The notes beneath the pieces are model-generated. The model searched no databases, had not been told where the DNA came from, and saw only the letters and a list, made by a program, of their open reading frames with translations. The translations under genes and the position numbers were made by a program. A DNA stretch of 64,000 bases from Candidatus Eiseniibacteriota bacterium (GTDB lineage Bacteria; Eisenbacteria; RBG-16-71-46): assembly GCA_031364845.1 (NCBI GenBank), contig JANLWX010000231.1, positions 51,864 through 115,863 of the forward strand, in the 5' to 3' direction. Of the stretch, positions 47,602 through 57,890 are shown one piece after another; the first letter of the stretch is position 1, and each line of letters begins with the position of its first letter.

Positions 47602-49350
47602 CTAGCGAACCCGCACGAAGCGCGCGGTCGCGTGCTCCCCTCCCGCGCTCACGCGCACGAAGTAGACGCCTGCGCCAGCCGGCGTCACGTCGACCCGCGC
47701 GCGATGCGAGCCCGCGGCGAGCCAGCGATCGGTGACCGTTGCGACCTGCCGGCCCGCGAGGTCGAACAACTCGATGCGCGTTCGTGCGGCGCGCGCCAGT
47801 TCGAACACGAGCGTCAGTGGCCCGGAGCACGGATTCGGCGCGGGTGCGGCGAGGCGCAGACGATCCGCGCCGGTCGACTGAGGCACGACGGCGACGACAC
47901 CCGTTCCCTCGGTCAGCACCACGAACTGATCGGCACTCATCGCGGCCCACGTGTCGCGCCGGCCCGACGGCCATTCGATCACGACCGAGTCCGTCACCGC
48001 CGCGTCGCCGAGACCGAAGTGCTGGTCGAGGTTTCCGCTGTTGTATCCGGTTTGCGAGGTGACCTCGCGAATCTGCTGCCGCCTCACGCCGCCGATCGTC
48101 GCATCGATCCGCACGCGTGCACCGATCCCCGGGCGATTGGACGTCGTGCCCGCGCAGCGCACGGTGAGCCAGTGATTCGCGTTGCCCTGGTTATGGTAGA
48201 GCCGGTTGCCGCCGGCGAGCCGATCGGTGACGAACAGATCGAGTTGCCCGTCGCGATCGTAGTCGCCCCACGCGGCGCCGAACGCGTTGCCGGCATCGGT
48301 CGCAACCGGGCCCGTCAGTACGCGCGTGAGCGCATAGCCCGGCGGGCCGCCGTTGCGGAACAAAGCACTGCTGCCGCCGTCCTGTGCCACGAATAGATCG
48401 AGTGCGCCGTCGTTGTCGTAGTCGCCCCACGCGGTCCCGACCCATGAACCCGCCTGGCTCGACACCGCACTCGCCACCGGCGCGAGCGCGAAACCCGGAG
48501 CCCCCGCGTTGCGGTAGAGCGTGCACGTCTGACCCTGATAGTGCGCGACGACCAGGTCGAGGTGTCCATCGTTGTCGTAGTCGCCAAAGCTTCCGCCCAG
48601 CGTCGAGAGGCCGTCCGCGATCACCGCGCGCGTGAAGAATCCGCTACCGTGGTTCGAGTAGAGGTAATCGTTCTGCGCGCCCGCGTTGCCGACGAACAGA
48701 TCGTCGAAGCCGTCGCTGTTCACGTCGGCCCATGCGCCCGGGATCGAGAACTCCGCTCCGCCGGTGATCGCGGTCGTGTCGATGCGCGCGAGCGTGAACG
48801 ATGGAGGTCCGGCGTTGTGGTAGAGGAAGTCGTTCCCGTTGAAGTTGACCACGTGCAGGTCGAGATTCCCGTCGCGATCGTAATCGACCCACGAACTCAT
48901 GTTCGAGTTCGCGATGTCAGTGACCGGCGAGCCGGTCGTGACCTTGGTGAACGAGGTGTCGCCGAGCCCGCGATAGAGGAAGTTGCCGAAGTTCGCGCGG
49001 TTGGTGACGAACAGGTCGAGCCGGCCGTCGTGGTCGAAGTCCCCAAACGTCCCGCCGATCGAACTGCCGCCGTCGCTCACGACCGCTCCCGTGACGACCT
49101 TCACGAAGCCGCCCGGACGCACATTGCGGTAGAGCGCATTCGGCTCATTGGAGAGGTTGCCGTTAGCGACGAACAGATCGAGGTATCCGTCACCCACCAG
49201 ATCGACGAAGAAGCCGCCGCCGCTCTGTTGCCGGTCGGTGACGATCGGGTTGGCGGGGTCGGTGACCCGGACGAAAGTCTGAGCGTGGGCAGTGGAGCTG
49301 AGGACGATCGCGGTGACGAGGCGGAGCGCGAGCAAGCGAAGGTTGGTCAT
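47602..49350 (-). CDS. FG-GAP repeat / ASPIC-UnbV (CRTAC1-like) secreted protein with C-terminal FlgD-Ig/T9SS-type domain
   Basis: Repeated [WF]GDYDxDGxLDLFV; NHWL..GTTSNR.GIGARV; HFGLG; IEWPSG; tail PNP..FDLAGRQV..GVYFVRV. Confidence 0.92.
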   Translation of the reverse strand: MTNLRLLALRLVTAIVLSSTAHAQTFVRVTDPANPIVTDRQQSGGGFFVDLVGDGYLDLFVANGNLSNEPNALYRNVRPGGFVKVVTGAVVSDGGSSIGGTFGDFDHDGRLDLFVTNRANFGNFLYRGLGDTSFTKVTTGSPVTDIANSNMSSWVDYDRDGNLDLHVVNFNGNDFLYHNAGPPSFTLARIDTTAITGGAEFSIPGAWADVNSDGFDDLFVGNAGAQNDYLYSNHGSGFFTRAVIADGLSTLGGSFGDYDNDGHLDLVVAHYQGQTCTLYRNAGAPGFALAPVASAVSSQAGSWVGTAWGDYDNDGALDLFVAQDGGSSALFRNGGPPGYALTRVLTGPVATDAGNAFGAAWGDYDRDGQLDLFVTDRLAGGNRLYHNQGNANHWLTVRCAGTTSNRPGIGARVRIDATIGGVRRQQIREVTSQTGYNSGNLDQHFGLGDAAVTDSVVIEWPSGRRDTWAAMSADQFVVLTEGTGVVAVVPQSTGADRLRLAAPAPNPCSGPLTLVFELARAARTRIELFDLAGRQVATVTDRWLAAGSHRARVDVTPAGAGVYFVRVSAGGEHATARFVRVR

Positions 49351-49472
49351 GGCCCCCAGCATGGACGGTACGGACGGGCCGAGCGAGGAGTTTGTGGTGA
49401 GCGGCGGATTGCCGGGGACGAAACGGTGGAGGCCGGGCCGTCGAGTAGGCTCGGGCGCCGCCGCTCGACCGC

Positions 49473-49985
49473 TCAACCCTTGCCGCCCGGATCCCACCCC
49501 GGCAGCTTCGCGGCCTGCTTTACCCACTTGGCCATCTGAGTCTCGTCGACCTCGTCGTCCTCGTGGATGTCGATCCACCGCACGGCCTTGCTCTTGGGCG
49601 TGCCTCCCGGCGGGACCGGCTTCAGCAAGGCGCCGCTGAAGAACGTCACTTTCACGTAGCGCGCGAAAACGTGGGTCGACAGAAACCAGCCCTTGCCCTC
49701 GATGCCGTAGAACGGCGAGTTCCACTTCACGGCCTTACGGACTTTGGGCACCGTGCGCGCAATGAGCCGGTCGAGTCGCTTTCCGAAGTCGCTCTTCCAG
49801 CCCGGCATCGCCGCGATGTAGGCCTGCACCGGCGCATCGCCATCGGCTTTCGCGATCTGAGGATTGCCGCCCGAGAGGAGAACGACCTTCGATGCGGCCT
49901 TGGTCGTCGACTTGGGTTTGGTGACCGGCCTCCGCGGCGCCCCGGAGCGCGCTGCCTTCCTGGCTTTCGGCTCCGACTTCATCAC
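49473..49985 (-). CDS. DUF1801 (YdhG-like) protein
   Basis: LLSGGNPQIAKADGDAPVQAYIAAMPGWK, KAVKWNSPFYG and WVKQAA. Confidence 0.88.
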   Translation of the reverse strand: MMKSEPKARKAARSGAPRRPVTKPKSTTKAASKVVLLSGGNPQIAKADGDAPVQAYIAAMPGWKSDFGKRLDRLIARTVPKVRKAVKWNSPFYGIEGKGWFLSTHVFARYVKVTFFSGALLKPVPPGGTPKSKAVRWIDIHEDDEVDETQMAKWVKQAAKLPGWDPGGKG

Positions 49986-49986
49986 G

Positions 49987-50487
49987 CTATCGTTTCTTCG
50001 TCTGGCTATTCTGAGACGCTGCCGCCTTCACGAGCGCCTTGAACGCCCGCGCGTCGACCTTCTCCCCTTCGGCGATGTCGATCGCCCGTCGCGTACCGCC
50101 TTCGAGACTCGAATTGAAGAGCCGCGACGGGTCGGGAACCCTGGCGCCCTGAGCGAACGTGAGCTTCACGACGTTCTTGTACGTCTCGCCGGTGCACACG
50201 ATCCCGTCGTGCGACCACACCGGCACGCCCACCATCCCATTCGACGGCTTCCGCCACTTGCGCTCTTCGGTGATTCCGGGGATGGCTTCGAGGATCAGCG
50301 CGCGCATGCGGTCGAGGGTTTCTGAACGCCAGTCGCCGGAAGTGACGGAGCGCGCAGCAGCCTTCGCGCTCGCGCCGGCCTTCGCGGACTTTGCCTTGGT
50401 CGCCGCCTTGCGTGGCTTCGTGGCGGCGGACTTGGCCTTGGATGTCGGCTTCGACTTCTTGCTCGCGGCACTCGCCGGGGTCTTCAT
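49987..50487 (-). CDS. DUF1801 (YdhG-like) protein with Lys/Ala-rich N-terminus
   Basis: DWRSETL..MRALI, KWRKPSN..GVPVWSHDGIVCTGETYK, DPSRLFNSSLEG and RRAID. Confidence 0.88.
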   Translation of the reverse strand: MKTPASAASKKSKPTSKAKSAATKPRKAATKAKSAKAGASAKAAARSVTSGDWRSETLDRMRALILEAIPGITEERKWRKPSNGMVGVPVWSHDGIVCTGETYKNVVKLTFAQGARVPDPSRLFNSSLEGGTRRAIDIAEGEKVDARAFKALVKAAASQNSQTKKR

Positions 50488-50678
50488 GATGGTGGCACCT
50501 CCCCCTGCAATGGTCACATTTCAACCGAGTTTCGATAGTGGATGCATTCGGTTCGCGAGCGTACCTCAAACGGTCGAAACGCTTGAAGCAGTTCCGTCCG
50601 CGCTCAGCGCACCCGGCGGATCGGGCGCATGTGTTGTTGAGCTGAAGCCGCTCCTGCAGCGAGCCGGGTTCGCAGCGC

Positions 50679-52496
50679 TCAGCGCGTCAGAGCGAATCGG
50701 CGAATGATCGAACGGCCACCGAATCGCAGCCGGGCAAAGTACGTTCCGGGCGGAGCGTCCGATCGCCATTCGCGAGAGTGCGAACCCGCGTCGACAACGC
50801 CGCGAATCACCCGAGAGACCGTTCGCCCCTGCACATCGATCACATCGAGATCGACCGGGCCGCGCGCGGGAAGGGTGAACGCGAAGCGCGCGATCGCTCC
50901 TGCGGGATTGGGGGTGACCGGCGCGAGCGCAAGTCCGCCCACTGCTCCGAGCATGTGCGCTTCGATCACCTCCGAACTTCCGGTTTCGCCGGAGCCGTTG
51001 TTCCATGCGAGGCGATAGAAGTAGGTCACTCCTCTTTCGACGCCTCGGTCGAGGTACGCGGTCTGTTGTCCCGTCGCGTGCAGGATCGTGCTCCACGGAC
51101 CTGTGGCCGCGAACGCGCGCTCCAAGCGAACCGCGCTCACATCGCTATGGCCGGCGAACTGCCAGCGCACTGCGATGCCCTCCGACATCGCCGACGCCGT
51201 CATCGTGGTCAGGAGCGTCGCGGTGACCGATGAACAACCTTGTCCGAGCGCACCGATCAGGCCGCAGCCGGGAGCGTCGAGCAATGGAGAACCCTGGGCC
51301 AGGGTCACCGAGTCGTGATCCACGTTGCAGAACTCGGGATCGACCTGAAGATCGGTAATTCCGACGCCGATGCCGAGCGTCGCGCCGTTCGTGTTCTGGA
51401 ACCAGTCATTGCACGACAGTTGTATGGGCGTGCCCCCGCTGATGGCAAGCCCGTGTCCGCCATTTCCGTAAGCAGTGTTCCGGGTGAAGATCACGGAATC
51501 ACCAAATGCGGGCGGGAAACTCACGTCGTAACCGTGACCGCCATTGAGGTAGCTCGTGTTGTTCGACACTTCGAGATGCACGATGTCTTGTGTCGAATGG
51601 ATCAAGAAACCAACGCCCGTTCCATTCCCCACGACATTCGAGTGAATCCGATTGCTGCCATCGCCTGCGGAGATTCCCACGGTCAGGGAGCGAAGCACGA
51701 CGTTGTCATAAACGTCGTTCTGGTCGTTCCGCGCGACGATGCCGATGTCGCAATCGGTGACGTGATTCCGCGTGATCACGTATCCCGACACGATTCCGTA
51801 TCCGCAATGATCGACGCGGTTGTCCGCGATGAAGCTTTCCCTGTCCCCGCCCCAGCTGATGCCCCTGTTGTATCCGCTGATGACGTTGCGCTCCGCGCGC
51901 AGCGCGTAGTCGTCGCCGCTGATGGCAGTGCCGCCCGGGCCGATCGCGACGTTGTCGCTGAACACCACCGGACCGCCCGAAAAGAGACCGACGCCGGCCG
52001 TGACGAGCACGTTGTGCCGAATCTCCGCGCTCTCCGGTGAATGCAAGTCGACATTGGCATTGAGCACGCAGCCGACGATCTTGAACAGTCCCACTCCGTT
52101 GTGTTCCGAATCGTGGGCCAGACCTCCCTCGAGTCGACACGAGTCGAACTCGACGAGCGGGTATCGGCCATTGGTGAACATGGTCACCTGCGACCGCACG
52201 TGAAGACCCCGCAGGACGATCGCCTCGCCGTCATTGACGGTCTGAATGCTGAGCCCCTGGATGTGAACGGAATCGCCGGCCATGTTGTCCGGGTGCGCGA
52301 GGAGTTTGATCACGCGCGGAGCCAGGACCTGCTCGGCGTAGTCACCACTTCGGACGAGGACTGTGTCCGAGGCGCCATCGATTGCGGCCTGAATCGTTGG
52401 AGCGTCGTCGGGAACGACGAGCGTCGAGGCGGACGACGTGTTGGTGCTCACGCAGGAAGCGATCAGCAAAGCGATCAGCGTGGACGTGCGGCGCAT
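50679..52496 (-). CDS. Secreted right-handed parallel beta-helix (NosD-like) protein with C-terminal FlgD-Ig/T9SS-type domain
   Basis: VPDDAPTIQAAID..DTVLVRSGDY; Asn-ladder repeats; LSCNDWFQN, DPEFC and IGALGQGC; tail PNP..DVQGR..GTYFARL. Confidence 0.88.
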   Translation of the reverse strand: MRRTSTLIALLIASCVSTNTSSASTLVVPDDAPTIQAAIDGASDTVLVRSGDYAEQVLAPRVIKLLAHPDNMAGDSVHIQGLSIQTVNDGEAIVLRGLHVRSQVTMFTNGRYPLVEFDSCRLEGGLAHDSEHNGVGLFKIVGCVLNANVDLHSPESAEIRHNVLVTAGVGLFSGGPVVFSDNVAIGPGGTAISGDDYALRAERNVISGYNRGISWGGDRESFIADNRVDHCGYGIVSGYVITRNHVTDCDIGIVARNDQNDVYDNVVLRSLTVGISAGDGSNRIHSNVVGNGTGVGFLIHSTQDIVHLEVSNNTSYLNGGHGYDVSFPPAFGDSVIFTRNTAYGNGGHGLAISGGTPIQLSCNDWFQNTNGATLGIGVGITDLQVDPEFCNVDHDSVTLAQGSPLLDAPGCGLIGALGQGCSSVTATLLTTMTASAMSEGIAVRWQFAGHSDVSAVRLERAFAATGPWSTILHATGQQTAYLDRGVERGVTYFYRLAWNNGSGETGSSEVIEAHMLGAVGGLALAPVTPNPAGAIARFAFTLPARGPVDLDVIDVQGRTVSRVIRGVVDAGSHSREWRSDAPPGTYFARLRFGGRSIIRRFALTR

Positions 52497-52658
52497 GAGG
52501 CGATTCTCCAGAGACGATGCGTGGACCGGCAGACAGCCAATCCAAGCCTACCACGCGGTCAACGCCGTTTCGCGGACTAGTTGCGCGACGCTGCGTGGTG
52601 CGATTCATTTATGACGCTGATCCCGTCGCCCGTGCAGCGAACTCATCTCGGAGGCCAT

Positions 52659-53156
52659 ATGCCCAATTCATCCGATTCCGATCGCGCGATGCGCGACCTG
52701 CTGATCGCTCAACTCGAAGGCGGCCACGCTCACGCCACACTCGCTCAGGCGCTCGAAGGACTTCCGGTGGAGATGCGCGGCATCCGCCCCGACGGCGCGG
52801 CGCACTCCGTGTGGGAAGTGATGGAGCACCTGCGCATCAGCCAGTGGGACATCGTCGAGTTCACGCGTGACCCGGCACACCGATCGCCGAAGTGGCCCGA
52901 AGGCTACTGGCCTTCGCAAGTGGCACCCCCGACCGAGGCCGCATGGGACGCGACCCTCGAAGAATTCGATCGTGAGCTCGACGCGATGAAGAAGCTGCTC
53001 GCGGATCCGAACCGGAGCCTGTTCGATCAGGTCGCGCACCCGGAGGCAAAACCGGTTCACACGCTCGCGCGCGAGGCGATGGTGCTCGCGGTGCACAACG
53101 GCTATCACATCGCCGAGCTGATCATCGTGCGGCGGCTGCTGGGCGTGTGGCCCTGA
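52659..53156 (+). CDS. DinB-family protein
   Basis: GGAGG RBS; GGHAH, HSVWEVMEHLRISQWDI, WPEGYWP and HNGYHIAEL. Confidence 0.9.
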   Translation: MPNSSDSDRAMRDLLIAQLEGGHAHATLAQALEGLPVEMRGIRPDGAAHSVWEVMEHLRISQWDIVEFTRDPAHRSPKWPEGYWPSQVAPPTEAAWDATLEEFDRELDAMKKLLADPNRSLFDQVAHPEAKPVHTLAREAMVLAVHNGYHIAELIIVRRLLGVWP

Positions 53157-53376
53157 CGGGCCAGCGCCCCACGGCTGCACAGGGCGGCCGTCGCTCGACG
53201 TCTCGCGGGCTATCTGCCGGTGTCTGCGTGAGCCGTTTCCCCCCAAACATTGCAAACCTCCCGCAGGCACAAGGCAAATAGAAACGTCTCAAGGCCATTC
53301 TCCTCGCTGCCGATGAAACGCGCAGATGTTGGCTGCTGGACGCTGGGGCATTTGCCCGTAAGGAGGAGATGGCACG

Positions 53377-54456
53377 ATGAGCAAGCAGCGCCGGAGAGAG
53401 CGGGATCGCAATATTTGGCAGGTGTCCCAGGGAACGCAGGGAACGCAGGGGGCGCAGATGGCGCAGAGCACGCAGGGTACGCAGACGGTTCAGGGAACTC
53501 AGTGGGCGCAGGGAACGCAGCAGACACAGGGGTCGAACGATCAAACCGACGACACGAGCTGGGAGCTCGAATCCAATCTGGAGCCCGGGATGCTAAGGTT
53601 TTTGGCGCACGTGATCGAGGACGGGTTGCAGGCGGGACTGCGGACCCAGCAGGACTTCATCAAGCACTTCCCGCCGCTCGACATCATGCTTGGTCTCGCG
53701 GAGCGTCCGGATCTGCGCGCGAACATCCTGGTGCCGACGACCGGCGTGCGGGCGAAGATCGCCTCCAAGAAGTCGGCCGAGTCGGCGGGCGAAGACCTGC
53801 AGATCGCGCTCGACGAAGGTGAAACCGACGCCGAGCTGATCGTGTCGCTGTTCCATCCTGACGACCGCGTTCGTTACCTGGACCGCGCCCGGCTCTGGAG
53901 CTACATCATCGAGCCCAAGTTCTGGATGGTCGATCGGACCTCGAAAGAGGAATTCGATCAGGCCAAGTCGCACCTCGCCTACATCATCGATCGCGCGATC
54001 GAGGATCGTCTGGTGACCTTTCGCGACATCGTCGACGGCATCAGTGTCGGCAAGATGGTCAAGTACCTTCCGCTCGACCAACTGCAGGCAGTGATCGAGA
54101 AGGCACTCGCGAACGGTCATGGCAACCAGGCGTTCACCGAGCAGGACATGCTGGACGTGGTTCCGTCGAACACGCTCGTCCACCACATCCCGCTGGCGAC
54201 GGTCTGGGAGAGCGTGATTGTTCCGAAGATCGCCGAGCAGAATCAGCTCACCAAGTCTTCGAATGCGAATGCGAAGGTGAGCGTGAACACGAACACGACA
54301 AACGGAAACAACACGGCGTCCTACAACTCGCGTCCGACGGCGCCGAACACGTCGACGAACGCTGCGGACGCCGGCAACAAGGTGACCCAGACGGAGCGGC
54401 CGGGAATCTCGAACGGAATCGTGACGGACGATTCGGTTCACGCGCAGGCCGCGTAG
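53377..54456 (+). CDS. Hypothetical protein with Gln-rich N-terminal and Asn/Thr-rich C-terminal low-complexity arms
   Basis: AAGGAGG RBS; helical core (FLAHVIEDGL..DFIKHFPP..DLQIALDEG..HPDDRVRYLD). Confidence 0.85.
   Translation: MSKQRRRERDRNIWQVSQGTQGTQGAQMAQSTQGTQTVQGTQWAQGTQQTQGSNDQTDDTSWELESNLEPGMLRFLAHVIEDGLQAGLRTQQDFIKHFPPLDIMLGLAERPDLRANILVPTTGVRAKIASKKSAESAGEDLQIALDEGETDAELIVSLFHPDDRVRYLDRARLWSYIIEPKFWMVDRTSKEEFDQAKSHLAYIIDRAIEDRLVTFRDIVDGISVGKMVKYLPLDQLQAVIEKALANGHGNQAFTEQDMLDVVPSNTLVHHIPLATVWESVIVPKIAEQNQLTKSSNANAKVSVNTNTTNGNNTASYNSRPTAPNTSTNAADAGNKVTQTERPGISNGIVTDDSVHAQAA
53419..53535 (+). repeat. Degenerate 9-bp coding tandem repeat (CAG-NNN-NNN x13, consensus CAGGGAACG)
   Basis: Encodes QVS QGT QGT QGA QMA QST QGT QTV QGT QWA QGT QQT QGS. 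Confidence 0.85.
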
Positions 54457-54509
54457 TTCGGAGAACGGCGGACCCGCATGACGTGGGTCGCCAGTAGCAA
54501 CATCTGAAT

Positions 54510-54552
54510 ACCGTCCGCCGGCCACGACAGGTCCGGCGGACGGTGTGTATTT
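54510..54552 (+). terminator. Strong hairpin, possible terminator
   Basis: ACCGTCCGCCGG / CCGGCGGACGGT form a perfect 12-bp stem, followed by GTGTATTT. Confidence 0.55.
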
Positions 54553-54644
54553 CGGAATCTCGGTTTTCGTGAACCACCGATCGAGACAACCGACGTTCTG
54601 AACGGCCGCGAGATTTCGCAACGGCCGGCTATGAGTGCGGGATC

Positions 54645-56000
54645 GTGGAGGAAGAGCCGTTGGCCGCTCGGCGTGGCAAAAACCATAAGGCGCCTCCCCC
54701 GGCGCCGGCCACCGTCACGGCGGATGCTGTGAATCCTCCGGCGACGGTCGCACCGTCGCGCGGCCACTGGACCCTGGCAGCGCAGAGCACACCTCCCGTT
54801 CACGTCGTACAGGCCCGCGCGGGCGGTGTTCAGGCCGTGGTCTTCGTGACGGCGGAGCGCGCCCCCGCGAACCTGGGCCGCAAGCTCGACGATCTGATTC
54901 GCCAGGCGCACGCGATGGAGCACGAGGACGCCGGCGCAAAGCCGGTGCCGACATCCATGCACCACGTAGCGCGCGGCTTGTTGGAATTGCGCGCCGAGTT
55001 CGAGTCGTCCCCGTCGGTCTCCGCCTTGTGGGCGGTGGCCGTCGTCGATTCGGTCGAATCGCCCTCAGTCGCCTACCTGGGTGCGGATGCGCCCGCGATC
55101 ACGATCGAGGGACGTCCGTTCCCGCCCATGTGGCGGGCCATGAATCGCCCTGGCGCGGGCCCGGCGCGCGCCGCCAGCATCCGGACCGGCCGGCTCGAGG
55201 CGCTCGCGCTCGAGTGGAAGAGCCGCACCCCTCGTGAAGAGTCGTGGAGCGTCGGCGCCGATTGGAATCGCGAACAGCCCGAGACCGCGACGGCGTTGAT
55301 CGAGACGCTCGAAGGAGTCCGTAAGCCCGAGAGCGTGACTCCGGCGGCGACCGGTTTCACGCTTCCGCTGACATTGATAGAGGTCGCAAAGGAAGCTGAC
55401 CTCACGACGGCCGCGCATGATCGAGATGACGAAGCCGATCGCAAGAAGGTCGAGGAGCTGGCGGACGCCCTGAGCAAGACGGCGCCTCCCGATCTGTGCG
55501 AGATCGTGCTCGAGCTCGAGACGACGATCATCTTTCCGCCGGCGGTGACGGATCTGCCGCGCCATCAGTCCCAGTCGGATTCCGCGATCACGAGCGAGTC
55601 CGTCGCGAACTTCGATGTGATCATCGAGGAGGATGGGGAGCAGCTGCTGAGTTTCCTCGTCAAAGACGCACCTGCGACCGACTCGCAGATCGTTTCGCGA
55701 CGCGACTCATCGCGCGCACCCAACCTCGACGAGTCCGCACCTCACATGGTCAATGATGTGTGGCTCGACTTCGAGATCGTCGCTCCCGCGCTGAGCGTGA
55801 CCTCGTTGCCCGGGCTCGTACCGAGTGTCGCCGCGGAGCACCCGCACCTGCTCGAAGGCGTGATGGAAGCCGCCGAAGAATTCCGCTACGACTACCTGCC
55901 CGACCGCATGCCCACGCTCAAGGACCACTGGAAGTCGAAGACGCGCGGAGGATTTCAGAAGGCGATCGCCATGATCACCGGCCGAGCGGGATCGCGCTAG
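54645..56000 (+). CDS. Hypothetical protein (acidic C-terminal half)
   Basis: Longest ORF filling the gap, with protein-like composition; no family recognised. Confidence 0.65.
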   Translation: MEEEPLAARRGKNHKAPPPAPATVTADAVNPPATVAPSRGHWTLAAQSTPPVHVVQARAGGVQAVVFVTAERAPANLGRKLDDLIRQAHAMEHEDAGAKPVPTSMHHVARGLLELRAEFESSPSVSALWAVAVVDSVESPSVAYLGADAPAITIEGRPFPPMWRAMNRPGAGPARAASIRTGRLEALALEWKSRTPREESWSVGADWNREQPETATALIETLEGVRKPESVTPAATGFTLPLTLIEVAKEADLTTAAHDRDDEADRKKVEELADALSKTAPPDLCEIVLELETTIIFPPAVTDLPRHQSQSDSAITSESVANFDVIIEEDGEQLLSFLVKDAPATDSQIVSRRDSSRAPNLDESAPHMVNDVWLDFEIVAPALSVTSLPGLVPSVAAEHPHLLEGVMEAAEEFRYDYLPDRMPTLKDHWKSKTRGGFQKAIAMITGRAGSR

Positions 56001-56129
56001 ACGGAGTTGATGCTCGCGCCTGAACGTGCGGGCGTGCGCGATGAAAGTCGGCCCCGGATATTGTGCGCGCGGTGAAGACTCGACACACTCCAAAGGAACC
56101 GTACTCCGCCATAAAGATGCTTCCGGGCG

Positions 56130-57569
56130 TCATTCGGCCGTGGCAGTAGAGACCAGTTCCCGTTCGCGGTCCGCCACGAAATCGCGTCCAAGGATGTCCT
56201 CGGTGACCTCGCGCGCCGACAGTGTTTCCGTCACCCGCTCGCCGCTGGCGCCCAGCGTCAGCAGCGGCGCTTCGATGTCGCTGTAGTAACCGGCCGTCGA
56301 GAGCAATCCATTGCACAGGCACACGCGCCCCGCGGTGTCCGTCGCGTCGCCGCCGAGCCGGACATATTGCTCCTGCGGCATGGCCGGGCACACGTACGTT
56401 TCGATCACGGCGCCGTCCGCCCCCGTCTCGAAGTGCGACTGCGCGAGATAGAGACGATTGCAGATGCGCTCGCGCACGGCGTAGGTCGCGGGGTCGGAGA
56501 CCGTGCCCGGCAGCGGAACGACCTTGAGCGGATATCCGGTCGGCGACATCGCCGGGCTCGTCGTCACGTGCAGGGTCGCCTGGGCGTTCGCTGCGATGAT
56601 CCGCTCGCGCAGATCCGCGCGCATGCCCGAGTCCGAGCACAGCGCGAAGCGCGACCCGACCTGAATGCCATAGGCGCCGCGCGCGATCCACGACTCCAGG
56701 TCGCGTCCGCTGCCGCCTTCGGCGAACGCGCCCGCCACGTAAATCGGCACCCCGAGCGCCTTCACCTTGTCGAAGTAGCGGTCGATGTCGTCCTGCTCGG
56801 TGAACTCGGATTTGTTGCGCGGGGGCGCATTGTGGCCGCCGGCCTCGTGATGCTCGAGCACGAACGCGAACGGCCGGGTGGCGTGCTCCTTCGCCCAGTT
56901 GTCCACGATCCGCTTGGAGAACGCGTAGTTCGAGAGAATCGGGATCATCCGCGGAACCGGCATCGAACTCAGCAGCGGCGCGGTGCCGTCTTCGGAGATC
57001 TTCAGGCGGACATGCGTGCCCGTGCCAGTGAGCGGCAGATACTCCAGATCCTCACCCGCGCGCATGCGGCGCACGATGTCGGGAAGCTCCATCGGCACTC
57101 CGGCGCCGCACAGCAGCGCATCGACACCCGCGAGCATCGCGCCGTAGATCGTCGGCAATGCCGTGAGCGTGCACTTCCACATGACGTTGATTCCGATCTT
57201 GCCGCGATGTCCGCGCCGCGCCCGCAGCACCTCGACGTAGGCCGCCATGACGCTCAGGCGCTTCGGCAGCCGGCCCCGTTCGGAATCCGGGGTGTCGATC
57301 GGGACCGCGTGCGTGTGCCGGGCCCCGCCCGGCGCGAACGCGAGCAACTCGTCGACGTAGCGCCTCACCGGAAACGTGCGGGCCACCGCGATCGATTCGG
57401 CGTCGCCGGCACGGATGTCCTCGATGATCACGTGGCGCAGCGCCGCCCCCGACACCACACCGAGCGCGCCCAGACGGGACGCGCGGTTCGCGAGGTGGGC
57501 GCTCGAAACATGTATGCCCATGCCGGCCTGAATCAGCCGGGGCATCCCGTCGATGAGGTCGTGCGACAT
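56130..57569 (-). CDS. Nitronate monooxygenase / 2-nitropropane dioxygenase-like flavoprotein
   Basis: LIQAGMG, GALGVVSG, GINVMWK, GAGVP, AGGHNAPPR, GIQVGSRFALCSDSG, SPTGYP and GRVCLCNGL. Confidence 0.85.
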   Translation of the reverse strand: MSHDLIDGMPRLIQAGMGIHVSSAHLANRASRLGALGVVSGAALRHVIIEDIRAGDAESIAVARTFPVRRYVDELLAFAPGGARHTHAVPIDTPDSERGRLPKRLSVMAAYVEVLRARRGHRGKIGINVMWKCTLTALPTIYGAMLAGVDALLCGAGVPMELPDIVRRMRAGEDLEYLPLTGTGTHVRLKISEDGTAPLLSSMPVPRMIPILSNYAFSKRIVDNWAKEHATRPFAFVLEHHEAGGHNAPPRNKSEFTEQDDIDRYFDKVKALGVPIYVAGAFAEGGSGRDLESWIARGAYGIQVGSRFALCSDSGMRADLRERIIAANAQATLHVTTSPAMSPTGYPLKVVPLPGTVSDPATYAVRERICNRLYLAQSHFETGADGAVIETYVCPAMPQEQYVRLGGDATDTAGRVCLCNGLLSTAGYYSDIEAPLLTLGASGERVTETLSAREVTEDILGRDFVADRERELVSTATAE

Positions 57570-57729
57570 GGTGTGCCTCTCGATGAAGGGAACCTTGAAA
57601 CCCGAGTCAGGGTAACCCCACCGCCGAGCGGTCACAACGAACGGGCGCCGACCTTGTAGTGAGCAGATGATCTGGCCGCTCCCTTTAGCAAGTGAAGTGG
57701 CCGCTCCAGAGGGCGGTGGTGTAGAGACC

Positions 57730-57890
57730 CTTCCACTCGTTTCGGGCAGCGTGGTGTCGTCGATCTCGCCTCTCAGCTTGGCCGTCGCCGGGCCGGTCGC
57801 GGACTCGCTCGGCGTGCGCGTGTGGTACGTGGTGGGCGGAGGTTATGCAGGAATCCTCAAGTGTGGTCTGCTCGTCGTCGGCGCTCACTG
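57730..57890 (+). pseudogene. Fragment of the last helices of a DHA3/MefA-like MFS efflux gene
   Basis: SGSVVSSISPLSLAVAGPVADSLGVRVWYVVGG matches the TM11-TM12 region of such transporters; no N-terminal part present. Confidence 0.55.

Noticed and set aside
50600..50686. GCGCTCAGCGC repeated twice as a recombination scar
   Set aside because: Short and GC-rich, and one copy overlaps a stop codon; chance is sufficient.
57570..57670. Possible riboswitch in the NMO-like gene leader (also the leaders at 5480-5760 and 41870-42150)
   Set aside because: Only generic GC-rich pairing; no aptamer consensus recognisable without an Rfam search.
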